DNA of 64,000 nt from Bacteroidales bacterium (GTDB lineage Bacteria; Bacteroidota; Bacteroidia; Bacteroidales; UBA4417), in the NCBI GenBank assembly GCA_963665485.1, contig OY762227.1, positions 2,864,784-2,928,783 on the forward strand. Direction: 5' to 3'. The position numbers were made by a program, and so were the translations under genes. The notes under the pieces were generated by a model. The model saw nothing but the letters and a program-made list of their open reading frames with translations, searched no databases and was not told the DNA's origin. How positions within the stretch are numbered: position 1 is the stretch's first letter; every line of letters begins with the position of its first letter. Below are positions 29,206 to 39,607 of this stretch, piece by piece.

Positions 29206-29374
29206 CAAAATTACGGCTGATAAGAATATCGAACTGAAAAATGGGCTGCACTGCCTAAAATGGGCGGAAGTGTCAGGTTGAGGGACGAAATGCAGCTTAT
29301 TGAGGGATGAAATGCGGTGTGTTTGGCTGGAAAGTACTGGTTTTTGCTGTTAACAGAGCAGCATATCGGATGAA
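29206..29374 (-). promoter_or_regulatory. Promoter (-7 TAATTTTG) with upstream ~21-bp-periodic direct repeats (putative LytTR operators)
   Basis: TTGAGGGACGAAATGC at 29278 and TTGAGGGATGAAATGC at 29300, with weaker copies in phase. Confidence 0.55.
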
Positions 29375-29403
29375 ATGTCCAAATAATTTTCGGAATAAGG
29401 CTT

Positions 29404-30267
29404 TTATTTGACCGAGATAAGCTTCTTGAACAGAGTCACATTTTGCCTGGAAATGGGAATGCGAAAATCAAGTCCATTGGCTTCGAGTGTATAATTCGGC
29501 GAGATGCCGGTTACCCTCGAAATCTGGTCGATGTTCACCAGGCAGCAACGATGACATTTTTTGATATTTTGAAAACCGGATAAGCTTTTTTCGACATTTG
29601 TCAAGGTTTGACGAATCATTTGTTTGCGGACAGTTACTCCTTCGCGAAAGAAAATTTCGATATAATTACTAGCTGACTGTATAAGAATGATATTTTTCAG
29701 ATCTTCTTCAAAAATTTCCTTGCCATTATCTGATTCAATTTTAATTTGCTCATTTAAAGTAGCAGGATGAATGCTTTTTCGTTCTTCGGCCAACCAATGC
29801 CGCCCACTATCAATAACCTGGGAGACTTTCGATTTCAACGAATTATTATAATTGGCAAGGTTAAAAAGAACTAAAGGTAATAATGCCAGTGCCGCTGAAC
29901 GGAAAAATGTAAGTGATTCCATGCCCGATATTCTGAAAACCTTAGCTATAAGTGTGAATGCAACAATCAAAACAGCAAACATCCAGATATTCCATATCAT
30001 TTCTTTCCTTACAGTCCACAGTTTAGATTCGAATATTTTTGGAAATAATCCAGGTAAGAACAGCGTGTTGAAAAAGAAGTTGGCAGCACTTATCAATCCG
30101 ATTATAAGCACAAAATAACCATCGTTGGGTGAAGCCAGGAAATTTATGCCGAAAGGTTGAAAATACAGCGTAATCAGCATAAATCCCATACATACAAACG
30201 CGATAGTACGAAGGTTATGCTTAAAGTTATTATTGAAAGGATATGGTTGATTCAGATTCTCGAACAT
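29404..30267 (-). CDS. Membrane-anchored LytTR-domain regulator
   Basis: About four N-terminal TM helices; I..IQSASNYIEI, CHRCCLVN..I, IPISRQ; start at ATG 30267. Confidence 0.88.
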   Translation of the reverse strand: MFENLNQPYPFNNNFKHNLRTIAFVCMGFMLITLYFQPFGINFLASPNDGYFVLIIGLISAANFFFNTLFLPGLFPKIFESKLWTVRKEMIWNIWMFAVLIVAFTLIAKVFRISGMESLTFFRSAALALLPLVLFNLANYNNSLKSKVSQVIDSGRHWLAEERKSIHPATLNEQIKIESDNGKEIFEEDLKNIILIQSASNYIEIFFREGVTVRKQMIRQTLTNVEKSLSGFQNIKKCHRCCLVNIDQISRVTGISPNYTLEANGLDFRIPISRQNVTLFKKLISVK

Positions 30268-30495
30268 TATCGCTGTTTTCGTCTGCGAAGGTACAATTAA
30301 TATACACACTTTATAGTTTGTAGCTGATGAAAGTAGTTCTTGAAATTCTGCTTTCATTTTGTAATTTTGTCGGAAATCAATTCGTTGGTGCTCTGAATTA
30401 TGAATGAAGAGAAAGGATTGAAATAATTCCGGAAATGTTTTCAGGAGTGCCTGAAAGTTTTCAGTTCCGGCATAACAACAAGCATAAATATCTCG

Positions 30496-32022
30496 ATGAA
30501 AAATCTCTGCTCCCTGATCTTCCTGGTCTTATTACCTTTCTCCGTATTATTTTCCCAATCCACTCTTTTCGATGAATCCCGTGTTTCATCGGTTTATATT
30601 GAAATTCCGCCTGATTCGCTTAAAGTTATTATGACTGATGTTCTTTCGGAGCATTATTTTTTGGCCAGGTTTGTTTATGACTATGGGACTGGCCGTGATA
30701 CCTTACAGAATGTAGGTTTCAGATTACGTGGAAACACTTCGAGGTATTCAAAAAAGAAATCATTCAAGATCAGTTTTAACGAATATGTTTCCGGCCGTAA
30801 ATATCAGGGTGTTAAGAAAATTAATCTTAACGGGCAGCACAACGATCCGACTTTGATCCGTGAGAAACTATTTTATGATATCTGGAAAAATTCAGGAATG
30901 GTTGAGCGGCGCACTAGTTTTGTTCGGGTTTACATTAACAAGGCTTTTTATGGATTGTATACCAATCTGGAAGAAATGGATAAGGACTGGTTGCAAAGAG
31001 TGTATGGCGAAAAGAGTGGCAATCTGTATAAATGCACTTACCCGGCTGACCTGGTTTACAAGGGAACCGATCAGCAAACCTATAAAAATATAGCAAGTGG
31101 CTCGAGCACGGGTGGCCGTGCCTATGATCTGCAGACAAACGAAGAAGCTGATGATTATACTGACCTGGTTGAATTTATTACTGCTCTTAACCAACCCGTT
31201 GATGCGGCTTTCGCAGCAATGATAGCACAAAAAGTGAATGTTGACGGCTTATTAAAAGCTTTTGCCCTGGATGTAGCTTCCGGTAACTGGGATGATTATA
31301 TATATAACAAGAATAACTATTACTTGTATCATAATAACGGCACCGGCAAGTTTGAATTTATTGCCTATGATGCCGACAATACATTTGGAGTGGATTGGAT
31401 TGGCCGCGACTGGGCTACACGTAATTGTCTTGATTGGTTTACTCACAGTGAATCACGGCCTTTAGCTACAAAACTATTGTCAATACCTGAATTTGATTCA
31501 AAATTTCAGCATTATCTTGATACTATTGCCCGGGAGATCATAAATCCTGATTTTGTTTTTCCACATATCGATTCGCTGAAAACCTTAATAACGCAAGCGG
31601 TAGTTGAAGATACGTACCGAACTCTCGATTTTGGATACTCGGTTTCCGATTTCAATAATGGTTTTACCGGCACAGTGGATGGACATACACCCTATGGGAT
31701 CAAACCATTCCTTACAACACGCTCTGCTTCAATCTTGCAGCAACTTACAATAACTTCGGTTGCTGAAGCAGAATTTGGCAACCTTTCTGTATCTCTTTTC
31801 CCAAATCCTGCAAATGAGCAGATTAATATAAGATGTGAATCTTCTGATACGGAAAGGAAAGGGATGATTCTTGATATGGTTGGCCGGAAACAAAGGTCAT
31901 TTGAGCTGAAAGCTAACCAGGCAGAGAAAATGATCCCTGTTGATGATTTGCAGCCCGGCATTTATGTATTGGTACTTACCGATAATGGGAGCATTACAAC
32001 TATAAGATTTGTGAAAAAGTGA
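30496..32022 (+). CDS. CotH kinase-family protein with T9SS C-terminal domain
   Basis: RLRGNTSR...KKSFKI, GLYTNLE, N.DDY...NNYYLY, YDADNTFG; FPNP...RFVKK. Confidence 0.9.
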   Translation: MKNLCSLIFLVLLPFSVLFSQSTLFDESRVSSVYIEIPPDSLKVIMTDVLSEHYFLARFVYDYGTGRDTLQNVGFRLRGNTSRYSKKKSFKISFNEYVSGRKYQGVKKINLNGQHNDPTLIREKLFYDIWKNSGMVERRTSFVRVYINKAFYGLYTNLEEMDKDWLQRVYGEKSGNLYKCTYPADLVYKGTDQQTYKNIASGSSTGGRAYDLQTNEEADDYTDLVEFITALNQPVDAAFAAMIAQKVNVDGLLKAFALDVASGNWDDYIYNKNNYYLYHNNGTGKFEFIAYDADNTFGVDWIGRDWATRNCLDWFTHSESRPLATKLLSIPEFDSKFQHYLDTIAREIINPDFVFPHIDSLKTLITQAVVEDTYRTLDFGYSVSDFNNGFTGTVDGHTPYGIKPFLTTRSASILQQLTITSVAEAEFGNLSVSLFPNPANEQINIRCESSDTERKGMILDMVGRKQRSFELKANQAEKMIPVDDLQPGIYVLVLTDNGSITTIRFVKK

Positions 32023-32069
32023 TGGAATAAACTTAGATCGAAGTTCAATTTACCCAGGTAGCGAAATAT

Positions 32070-32105
32070 AAGAGCCGTAAAGAAATCATTTCTTTACGGC
32101 TCTTT
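32070..32105 (+). terminator. Intrinsic terminator
   Basis: AAGAGCCGTAAAGAAAT/ATTTCTTTACGGCTCTT stem. Confidence 0.8.
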
Positions 32106-32222
32106 CCACTTTTTTTTAAATAACTTCTTTCGATATTTTTTTAAAACTTAGTGAAACAAACATTAGTCAACGACCAAAAAATCAAGTTTTTTGCTGAAAG
32201 GTATAACTGACGGGAGATGTAG

Positions 32223-32274
32223 CCCCTCTCCTCAAGGAGAGGGGTTGCCTGCCTGCTGCAGGCAGGGGGTGAGG
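32223..32274. repeat. REP-like hairpin with a nested 19-bp palindrome
   Basis: CCCCTCTCC-TCAA-GGAGAGGGG-TTG-[CCTGCCTG-CTG-CAGGCAGG]-GGGTGAGG. Confidence 0.75.
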
Positions 32275-32353
32275 TATTACTTGTATTTCAATCCTTTAAC
32301 TCGTTTTGTCGTTTAGTAATGTAAAGCAAAAACGTCATATCATACTCCATCGC

Positions 32354-32740
32354 CTAAATTTCCCTGAACACTTTTCTTAATTCCTTTGTTACTTCACAGG
32401 CAAAATCTTCAAGCGCTTTATTGTTAAGTGCGCCGGCAGCTGCATCGGCATTAATTATGGTAATCTCAACTTTCCCATCTTCAAGTTGTTGAACAATAAC
32501 ATTACATGGCATCATAATGCCTGCCTTATTATCAACCTGCAACGCATGATGAGCAAAGGAAGGATTACAGGCACCTAATATCCGGTAAGGCCTGAAATCA
32601 ACGTCCAGCTTATTCTTCAGGGTTTCCTGCACATTAATTTCAGTAACAATCCCGAAACCATGTTCCTTCAATAATGCGGTTACATGAATTATCGCATCAT
32701 CAAATGCCAGATCAGTTAATTTTGTGAAGTAGGGATTCAT
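32354..32740 (-). CDS. DUF302 protein
   Basis: GFGIVTEINV..TLK.KL, YRILGACNP, MPCNV. Confidence 0.9.
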   Translation of the reverse strand: MNPYFTKLTDLAFDDAIIHVTALLKEHGFGIVTEINVQETLKNKLDVDFRPYRILGACNPSFAHHALQVDNKAGIMMPCNVIVQQLEDGKVEITIINADAAAGALNNKALEDFACEVTKELRKVFREI

Positions 32741-32935
32741 CTCATTTGTAATTAGAGGATTGTAAAACGGATTTTAAAACAAATATTTAAAACAAACTTC
32801 AGATGTACATTGTTTGATGTTTTATAATTCAAGCAAATAATTAACAAATGGCAAATACGCCATTTTGCATTTCCAAATCAGAATAAAAGGAATGTCAGCT
32901 AAAAACCGCAAAGAACCCTATGGATTTCTATTCCA

Positions 32936-33601
32936 TTATAAATCCTGGGCTTTGTCAGTCAGCATTGGCACAAAACGAAAGGTGCCGAAAGTCTCGGTTT
33001 TAGTTTCTGTTTCTGATAATTTCGTAACAAGGGTCATGATTTGGATATCGTTTTTGCCAACCGGGGCAACAAGCCTTCCTCCGATTTTCAATTGCGAAAC
33101 CAATGCTTCCGGGATAAAAGGCGCGGCAGCTGTGATCAGAATCCTGTCGAAAGGCGCATAAGCTGGTAATCCGGCATAGCCATCTCCATAAAACAAGCGG
33201 ATACGGTAACTAAGAGGTGGGTTCAGCGATTTCAAATTATCGTACAAAAGTTTCTGCCTTTCGATAGTAAAAACTCTGGCTCCCATTTCAGCCAGAACAC
33301 TTGCCTGGTAGCCTGAACCGGTTCCTACTTCGAGCACTCTCATTCCTTTTTCAACTTGTAAAAGTTCACTCTGAAAGGCTACTGTATAAGGTTGCGAAAT
33401 GGTTTGCCCTGATCCTATTGGAAACGCTTTATCTTCGTAAGCGAACTCCAGAAAAGAAGAATCGAAAAAAAAATGCCGTGGAATGGTATTCATGGAACTC
33501 AACACATTTTCATCTGTAATACCCTTGGTGCGTAACAAATCAATGAGTTTTTTGCGTAATCCTTTGTGCCTGAATGTATCGGTGGGTAGTGTTAAAGCCA
33601 T
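32936..33601 (-). CDS. pcm: Protein-L-isoaspartate O-methyltransferase
   Basis: QTISQP, VLEVGTGSGYQ, GDG..G....APFDRI, FVPM. Confidence 0.96.
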   Translation of the reverse strand: MALTLPTDTFRHKGLRKKLIDLLRTKGITDENVLSSMNTIPRHFFFDSSFLEFAYEDKAFPIGSGQTISQPYTVAFQSELLQVEKGMRVLEVGTGSGYQASVLAEMGARVFTIERQKLLYDNLKSLNPPLSYRIRLFYGDGYAGLPAYAPFDRILITAAAPFIPEALVSQLKIGGRLVAPVGKNDIQIMTLVTKLSETETKTETFGTFRFVPMLTDKAQDL

Positions 33602-33906
33602 AAAAAGAATGAGAAATTACAAAGTGCGAATTTAAATAACTAAATGGTCTTTCAGGTAGTGTTCAGGATAAAAATATTTTAAATATTTGAGTATTGAAGA
33701 AAGTTATTAGAGTATACTAGGATACTAGCAGAGTGGAATTAAGTTATTAGCTAAATTATGAATTCGTCTCAATTGACTGTAAAGAATTTAGGTTTTTCGA
33801 TTATCCACCAATAACTTATATTTCCTTCGGCTTTTCCTTTTTCTGCTATTTTTATTCAGAATTAGAATAAATTAGTGATAGTTGGATCAAATCCAAAAAA
33901 CATTCA

Positions 33907-33914
33907 TACATTTG
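33907..33914 (+). promoter_or_regulatory. -7 promoter box of rho
   Basis: TACATTTG, followed by a C-rich, G-poor leader of about 140 nt. Confidence 0.6.
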
Positions 33915-34060
33915 CACAGATTTAATACAACCCACTCTGAATTTTCCTGATTTTTCCCGGTAATTATTCCAAGTATACCTTTTCTCAGGTTTTCACATGA
34001 TAGTATAATTAATTCATACGATTTAAACTCCCAATTATTCTTTAAATCAATCCCATTCGC

Positions 34061-36166
34061 ATGTACGATAAAAGCGAACTCGAAGGTAAGCTGCTCAATG
34101 AATTACGCGACATTGCAAAGCAGTTTAATATCCGCAAGAGCGAAACAATGAAAAAGCAAGACCTGGTTTACCAGATACTTGACCAACAAGCCGCAAACCC
34201 TACTCCCGACATCCTGGAAGCCGAAAAAAAAGCACGTGTTTTCCCCCAAAAAGGCGCACGCCAACGTATTCCGGTCGAAAAGCTAAAAGAAGTCAGGAAG
34301 GTGGAAATCAATCCAAAACAAGAATTGAGTACTGAAAAGGTAGTTGTAGAAAATGTAGTGAATCCTGAGAAAAAGGAAGATAAACCTTTTGTTGCTGATT
34401 CACCCGCAGAAGCAAAGCCTGCTGAAACAAATCGACCACCCAAACGTGTTGTAACTCCTTACGAACCCCGCAGGAGTTTTAACAGGGATGAAAATAAATC
34501 CGATGATGATATTCCCTCGGTTAAATCATTCGAACGCCCTGAATCAACAAATGTTCCGGCGTGGGAACTTCAGGAATTCCATGAACGTCGTCGCAGGGGC
34601 CGCCGTCCCCAGGATAGAGAGGATAATACAACTACTCCTGTTGTTAACGGTACAGATTCACCTGCACCGGTTCAGGAGATTCCTGTGAGGAACAACGATT
34701 GGAAACCTAAACCAAGGGCAGCTACCCAGGAAGATGATGCAGCTTTATTAAGTGAAGAAAAATCTTCGATACACGACGAATTTATTCCTTCATTTGATTT
34801 TAAAGAACCTAATTCTGAAATTCTGAGCCGTCGCGAAATAATAGTTCCTGAAGAAGAAGTGGAAGAAGTGCCTCAGAATAGCAATCTGCAGAGCGAACAA
34901 CCCCTTACCAATGATATCTCAAGGGATATGCAACGCTATGGTCGTGGCGATCGCAATGATCGTAACGATCGTAATGATAGGAACGACCGTAACGATCGCC
35001 GTCAACAACAGCCCCAGCAGCCACCACGCGAAGATTATTCCTGGGAGTTCGAAGGAATTGTAAGCTGCGAAGGTGTACTCGAAATGATGCCTGATGGATA
35101 TGGATTCCTGCGCTCATCGGATTACAACTATTTGAGTTCACCTGATGATGTGTATGTTTCACAATCACAAATTAAACTATTCGGACTCAAAACCGGTGAT
35201 ACCGTTAAAGGCACAATCCGTCCACCGAAAGAAGGCGAAAAATATTTTCCTCTTGTAAAAGTTGAAAATATAAATGGTAAACTTCCTGAAGAAATCCGCG
35301 ACCGTATTCCTTTTGATTACCTCACTCCACTGTTTCCTGAAAAGAAATTCAAACTTACCGGTCATCCGGGTTCGAGTATAAGTACCCGTATTATTGATCT
35401 GTTCAGCCCTATTGGTAAAGGACAACGCGGACTTATTGTAGCGCAACCTAAAACCGGTAAAACTGTATTACTGAAAGAAATTGCCAACGCAATTGCTTAC
35501 AACCATCCGGAAGCATATCTAATTGTATTGCTTATTGACGAACGTCCTGAGGAAGTTACCGATATGGCCCGCAATGTAAAGGCAGAAGTTATTTCTTCAA
35601 CTTTTGACGAACCGGCTGACCGCCATGTACGTATAGCGAATCTGGTTCTCGAAAAAGCCAAACGCTTAACTGAATGCGGTCATGATGTTGTTATTCTTCT
35701 CGACTCAATTACCCGTTTGGCAAGGGCATACAACACTGTTGCTCCTGCTTCGGGAAAAGTGCTTTCAGGTGGTGTGGAAGCTAACGCGCTGCAAAAACCT
35801 AAGAGATTCTTTGGCGCGGCACGGCAGATTGAAAATGGCGGATCGCTTACTATAATTGCAACAGCGCTTACTGAAACAGGTTCGCGTATGGACGAGGTTA
35901 TTTTTGAGGAATTCAAAGGTACCGGTAACATGGAACTCCAGCTCGATCGAAAGCTTTCGAACAAACGTATCTTTCCTGCTATTGATATTGTTGCTTCAAG
36001 TACACGTCGCGATGATCTGCTTCTCGAAAAAGATGTTCTGCAGCGTTTATGGGTTCTCCGCAATCACCTTGCCGATATGAATCCGATCGAAGCCATGGAT
36101 TTCCTGAGAGACAGAATGAAGTTTACAAATACCAACGAGGAATTTTTAATCTCGATGAATAGTTAG
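34061..36166 (+). CDS. rho: Transcription termination factor Rho with long N-terminal insertion
   Basis: [49 protein letters not shown]. Confidence 0.98.
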   Translation: MYDKSELEGKLLNELRDIAKQFNIRKSETMKKQDLVYQILDQQAANPTPDILEAEKKARVFPQKGARQRIPVEKLKEVRKVEINPKQELSTEKVVVENVVNPEKKEDKPFVADSPAEAKPAETNRPPKRVVTPYEPRRSFNRDENKSDDDIPSVKSFERPESTNVPAWELQEFHERRRRGRRPQDREDNTTTPVVNGTDSPAPVQEIPVRNNDWKPKPRAATQEDDAALLSEEKSSIHDEFIPSFDFKEPNSEILSRREIIVPEEEVEEVPQNSNLQSEQPLTNDISRDMQRYGRGDRNDRNDRNDRNDRNDRRQQQPQQPPREDYSWEFEGIVSCEGVLEMMPDGYGFLRSSDYNYLSSPDDVYVSQSQIKLFGLKTGDTVKGTIRPPKEGEKYFPLVKVENINGKLPEEIRDRIPFDYLTPLFPEKKFKLTGHPGSSISTRIIDLFSPIGKGQRGLIVAQPKTGKTVLLKEIANAIAYNHPEAYLIVLLIDERPEEVTDMARNVKAEVISSTFDEPADRHVRIANLVLEKAKRLTECGHDVVILLDSITRLARAYNTVAPASGKVLSGGVEANALQKPKRFFGAARQIENGGSLTIIATALTETGSRMDEVIFEEFKGTGNMELQLDRKLSNKRIFPAIDIVASSTRRDDLLLEKDVLQRLWVLRNHLADMNPIEAMDFLRDRMKFTNTNEEFLISMNS

Positions 36167-36192
36167 GTTTAACTTTCGACTACTGATTGATA

Positions 36193-36234
36193 ACAAAAAA
36201 GACGGCTGACAGGAATTGTCAGCCGTCTTTTTGT
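36193..36234. terminator. Bidirectional intrinsic terminator
   Basis: AAAAAGACGGCTGACA/TGTCAGCCGTCTTTTT. Confidence 0.9.
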
Positions 36235-36252
36235 ATTTTGAGTCTCCCAGGT

Positions 36253-36858
36253 TTATTTTTTATCAGTAGGAGCGGTCGTTTTTTTATGCTGCCTGATTTT
36301 ATCAATCAGCATTTTCTGAAATTCGCGCTCTGCATCATATAATTTCAAAACTTTAACAGCAGGAAGTACTGATTTGAATTTAGCGTGGTATTCTTTCCTC
36401 AGGTCCAGGTATTTCTGAGCCTCAACAATCTGGTTGTCAAGAATTTGATTTGCTTCTTTATCGGTAAGCTTGTCAAAATCTATTTTGTGAAAATCGCCGG
36501 ATTCTTTAAATGATTTCTTCAATTCATGCCTTTTAGCGTCATATTCGTTGTAAACAGGCCAGAAAACTTTTGCTTCTTCAGGAGTTAATTTGAGTTCCTG
36601 GGTTATAAACGCAATTCGCTGTGCTTCAATATTTTTGTGCTGGTCACCACGTTGTTTTCCCTGGTTAATTTGAGAATTGTATTGAGTCTGCATCTGGTTA
36701 TTTTGAGAACTCATCTCATTCTGCTGCGAAATAAATTGGTTGTCCTTTTGCACAGATTTGAGATTATCCTGTTGCGCATTTACAAGAGTGGGATTTACCA
36801 ATATAGTGGTTGCCAAAAGCAAACCGGCAAATGAAATTTTTACGAAATTTGTTTTCAT
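36253..36858 (-). CDS. Periplasmic Spy/CpxP-like helical protein of the ECF sigma operon
   Basis: Signal peptide; Q/N-rich stretch; IAFITQELKLTPEEAKVFWPVYNEY. Confidence 0.72.
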   Translation of the reverse strand: MKTNFVKISFAGLLLATTILVNPTLVNAQQDNLKSVQKDNQFISQQNEMSSQNNQMQTQYNSQINQGKQRGDQHKNIEAQRIAFITQELKLTPEEAKVFWPVYNEYDAKRHELKKSFKESGDFHKIDFDKLTDKEANQILDNQIVEAQKYLDLRKEYHAKFKSVLPAVKVLKLYDAEREFQKMLIDKIRQHKKTTAPTDKK

Positions 36859-36869
36859 GCTTCTGTGTT

Positions 36870-37379
36870 TTAGTACTCGTTTAAAATGTCAATACCCGTG
36901 TCATGTTCTTTTAGGTACTCATTGATTTCATCTATGCTAAGCTCATTTTGTATAAGAGTTTCAGATCCGATATTACTTACAACTGAGCTTTCAATCTCAT
37001 TATCGTAAGTATAGCTTTCGGCCAGCAATGCTTCTTCGGCATATGACGCGTCGTACGCCATATTGATTTCGGCCCACTCATCAGTTGCCTGTATTTTTGA
37101 TACTTTTTTAGCAGGAATTACAAATATTAGCAATAAAACTACCAACACGGAGGCTATTGAAGGTGCCCAGACTAAGGGTTTCCGAAAAGAGTGAAATAAA
37201 ACCTTTGTAATCGACCGGTTTTCTTGTTTTTTTATACTATCAACAATACGAGGACTCAGCAAATCGAAGTAACCATCAGGAACTTTAAAGCCTTGAATAT
37301 CATTCCTCAGTTTTGTAAGAATCGGGGAAAGATGTTCTGATTCATTAGTTTGTTTTACTATGTTTTGTTTCTGTTTCAT
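36870..37379 (-). CDS. Putative anti-sigma factor (single TM)
   Basis: FKVPDGYF motif, one TM segment, directly downstream of the ECF sigma gene. Confidence 0.7.
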   Translation of the reverse strand: MKQKQNIVKQTNESEHLSPILTKLRNDIQGFKVPDGYFDLLSPRIVDSIKKQENRSITKVLFHSFRKPLVWAPSIASVLVVLLLIFVIPAKKVSKIQATDEWAEINMAYDASYAEEALLAESYTYDNEIESSVVSNIGSETLIQNELSIDEINEYLKEHDTGIDILNEY

Positions 37380-37412
37380 GACATGTATATGACATTAACA
37401 ATTTGTTAAAGT

Positions 37413-37961
37413 TTAATTTGAGGTAACAAAATCTTCAATTTTTTTTGCGGCAAAATGGTATGAGGCTTTCAATGCACCAACTGAAGTACCTAATATTTCT
37501 GAAATCTCATCATAACTCAGATCATCATAAAAGCGCATATTAAAAACCAGTTGCTGTTTTTTAGGAAGCCTGATTATTGCCTCTTTCAGCCGTTTCTGTA
37601 TCTCTTGCCCATCAAAATAAGGGTCATCTTGCAATGATCTTACCATCATTGCTTCAGGTGATGATAATGATAAGTAGGAGCGGAGCTGTTTGCTTTTCAG
37701 GAAACTCAGCGATTCATTTACAGCAATACGATATAACCAGGTAAAAAGTTTGGAATCTTCGCGAAACGAATCAAGGTTATTCCACACTTTAATAAATATG
37801 TTCTGAACGACATCATCTGTATCAGCATGGTCAATCACCATGCGCCTTACAAAATAGTAAATCTTTTCCTGGTGTTTTCGCACCAATAAGTTAAATGCGT
37901 AGTGCTTTTTTTCGGCATCACGAAATAATTCAACAAGTTCAATGTCAGAGTATTCGGGCAT
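37413..37961 (-). CDS. ECF RNA polymerase sigma factor
   Basis: DDVVQNIFIKVW, FTWLYRIAVN, LSYDEISEILGTSVGALKASYH. Confidence 0.94.
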   Translation of the reverse strand: MPEYSDIELVELFRDAEKKHYAFNLLVRKHQEKIYYFVRRMVIDHADTDDVVQNIFIKVWNNLDSFREDSKLFTWLYRIAVNESLSFLKSKQLRSYLSLSSPEAMMVRSLQDDPYFDGQEIQKRLKEAIIRLPKKQQLVFNMRFYDDLSYDEISEILGTSVGALKASYHFAAKKIEDFVTSN

Positions 37962-38045
37962 GAGCAGCAGACAATACTAAGTAGGCATCAATTGTTTTAT
38001 TGGTTGTTGGACCGTTTTTGCAACCAAAGGTTTAATCCTTGTTAT

Positions 38046-38154
38046 AAATCCAATGTTTCAAATTTCAAGCCCCGGAATCCAAATTTCAAACCCCAGTACC
38101 TTCACTGCTATACCTCTTGGAATGTAGTGCTTGGAATTTGTAATTTGGGGGTTT
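38046..38154. repeat. Pair of inverted degenerate 7-mer arrays
   Basis: ATCCAA/TTTCAAA units on the left, TTGGAAT/TTGTAAT units on the right. Confidence 0.5.
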
Positions 38155-38203
38155 ATCAATAACAGTCTTTACGCATTTTTCGGGTATGATAAATAGTTTT
38201 TCT

Positions 38204-39607
38204 CTATTTATAGAGCTGAATATCAGTTGTTTTTCCCGATTCAATCACGAAACTCTGTTCAACTGTATACAAGGTCGAACGTGAGTTTTTTGGTCGGAAA
38301 ACAATACGGTAACTGCCAGGTTGGAGATAAAGGGTTTCGAGCGTCAGGCCTTCATTAAGTTCATAAATCCGGGTAAGCTTGTTTTTATCGTTAAGTAGCA
38401 AAGTGCCGTATCCATTAAATGATTTTCTGAAAACAGCTATTCCTGGTTCAGAAATTTCGATGGTTGTAGTGTGACTTTGGCTGATTTCGATGTCATTTAA
38501 AGAAATCCGTGGTAACGACAGAACTTCCAGGTCGTATTTGCCGGTAATATATTTTTCTGTTTCTCCGAAATTCTGAACATTTAGTGTTTGAGCCGACTTG
38601 CTTTTTCTGACAATTGATTGCAATCCTTTCGACGCATTACTAACGCCGGCCATTTTCAATTGAAGGTATCCTTGAGGCGCGTCGGCTGCAACAACCGTGT
38701 GTTTACCCGGAGTAATCCTAAGTGTATCAATAACTACCGGTGGCAAAGTATGAATATCAACATGATAGGTAATGAGAGGATCAACTATCAACGTATCGGG
38801 TAAACCACGATTATTCATAGTATGGATGTAATTATATTTTATTTTGCCTGAATACAAATCGGTAAAAGTCATACCTGCGTCTGTTTCGGTTGGTCTTCCT
38901 GATTCATCCAGCAGGTTAACCTGCATGGTTGTTGAATTTAGCGCCTGAGATATTACAACGTTTAGTGCTTTTTTTAAGTCCTTTTCGCTTGACGCGTCAA
39001 AATAGGTCCCGATGCAATTGAAAGCCAGGTTAAAATCCTGCCCTATTCCTATTATGAATGGTTTCAGGATGATCCCGTTTTTCTGAAGCATTTTTGATAC
39101 AGCACATGGATCACCGCTGCATTCTTCCATGCCATCGGTAATAAGAACTACAATATTACGGCAGTTGGCGCAAGGTGGAAAATCTTTGGCAGACTGTTCG
39201 AGCGAAAAAGCCAATGGCGTTGTTCCTCTCGCGTTTATGGTCCTCAGACGACTTTTGATCTTTCCTACATTCCCTATCCCAAATGGGACTTCCAGCTTTG
39301 TGTCGCTGCAAACCTGAGGCGGATATTGGAACTGGTGCCCATAAACCCTTAACGCAAATTCCGTATTCTTCAGGTTGGCAACGCTATCGAGCATTTCCGA
39401 CATAATTCGTTTGGCGATATTGAATTTTGTATCACTCTGCCATCGGCCCAGCATACTTTGCGAAGCGTCGAAAATAAACAGGATTCGCGTTGTTTGGGGC
39501 GTTCTCTGTATAATAGGAGGCTGATTCTGAGCTTTAATGCCAGTAGCAATCAACAGTATTATGCCTAAAAAAACATTCCGGATTTTATTGCTGACGAATT
39601 TTTTCAA
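38204..39607 (-). CDS. Secreted von Willebrand factor A domain protein
   Basis: MIDAS DASQSM, G.TPL, LITDG.EEC.GDPC. Confidence 0.87.
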   Translation of the reverse strand: MKKFVSNKIRNVFLGIILLIATGIKAQNQPPIIQRTPQTTRILFIFDASQSMLGRWQSDTKFNIAKRIMSEMLDSVANLKNTEFALRVYGHQFQYPPQVCSDTKLEVPFGIGNVGKIKSRLRTINARGTTPLAFSLEQSAKDFPPCANCRNIVVLITDGMEECSGDPCAVSKMLQKNGIILKPFIIGIGQDFNLAFNCIGTYFDASSEKDLKKALNVVISQALNSTTMQVNLLDESGRPTETDAGMTFTDLYSGKIKYNYIHTMNNRGLPDTLIVDPLITYHVDIHTLPPVVIDTLRITPGKHTVVAADAPQGYLQLKMAGVSNASKGLQSIVRKSKSAQTLNVQNFGETEKYITGKYDLEVLSLPRISLNDIEISQSHTTTIEISEPGIAVFRKSFNGYGTLLLNDKNKLTRIYELNEGLTLETLYLQPGSYRIVFRPKNSRSTLYTVEQSFVIESGKTTDIQLYK

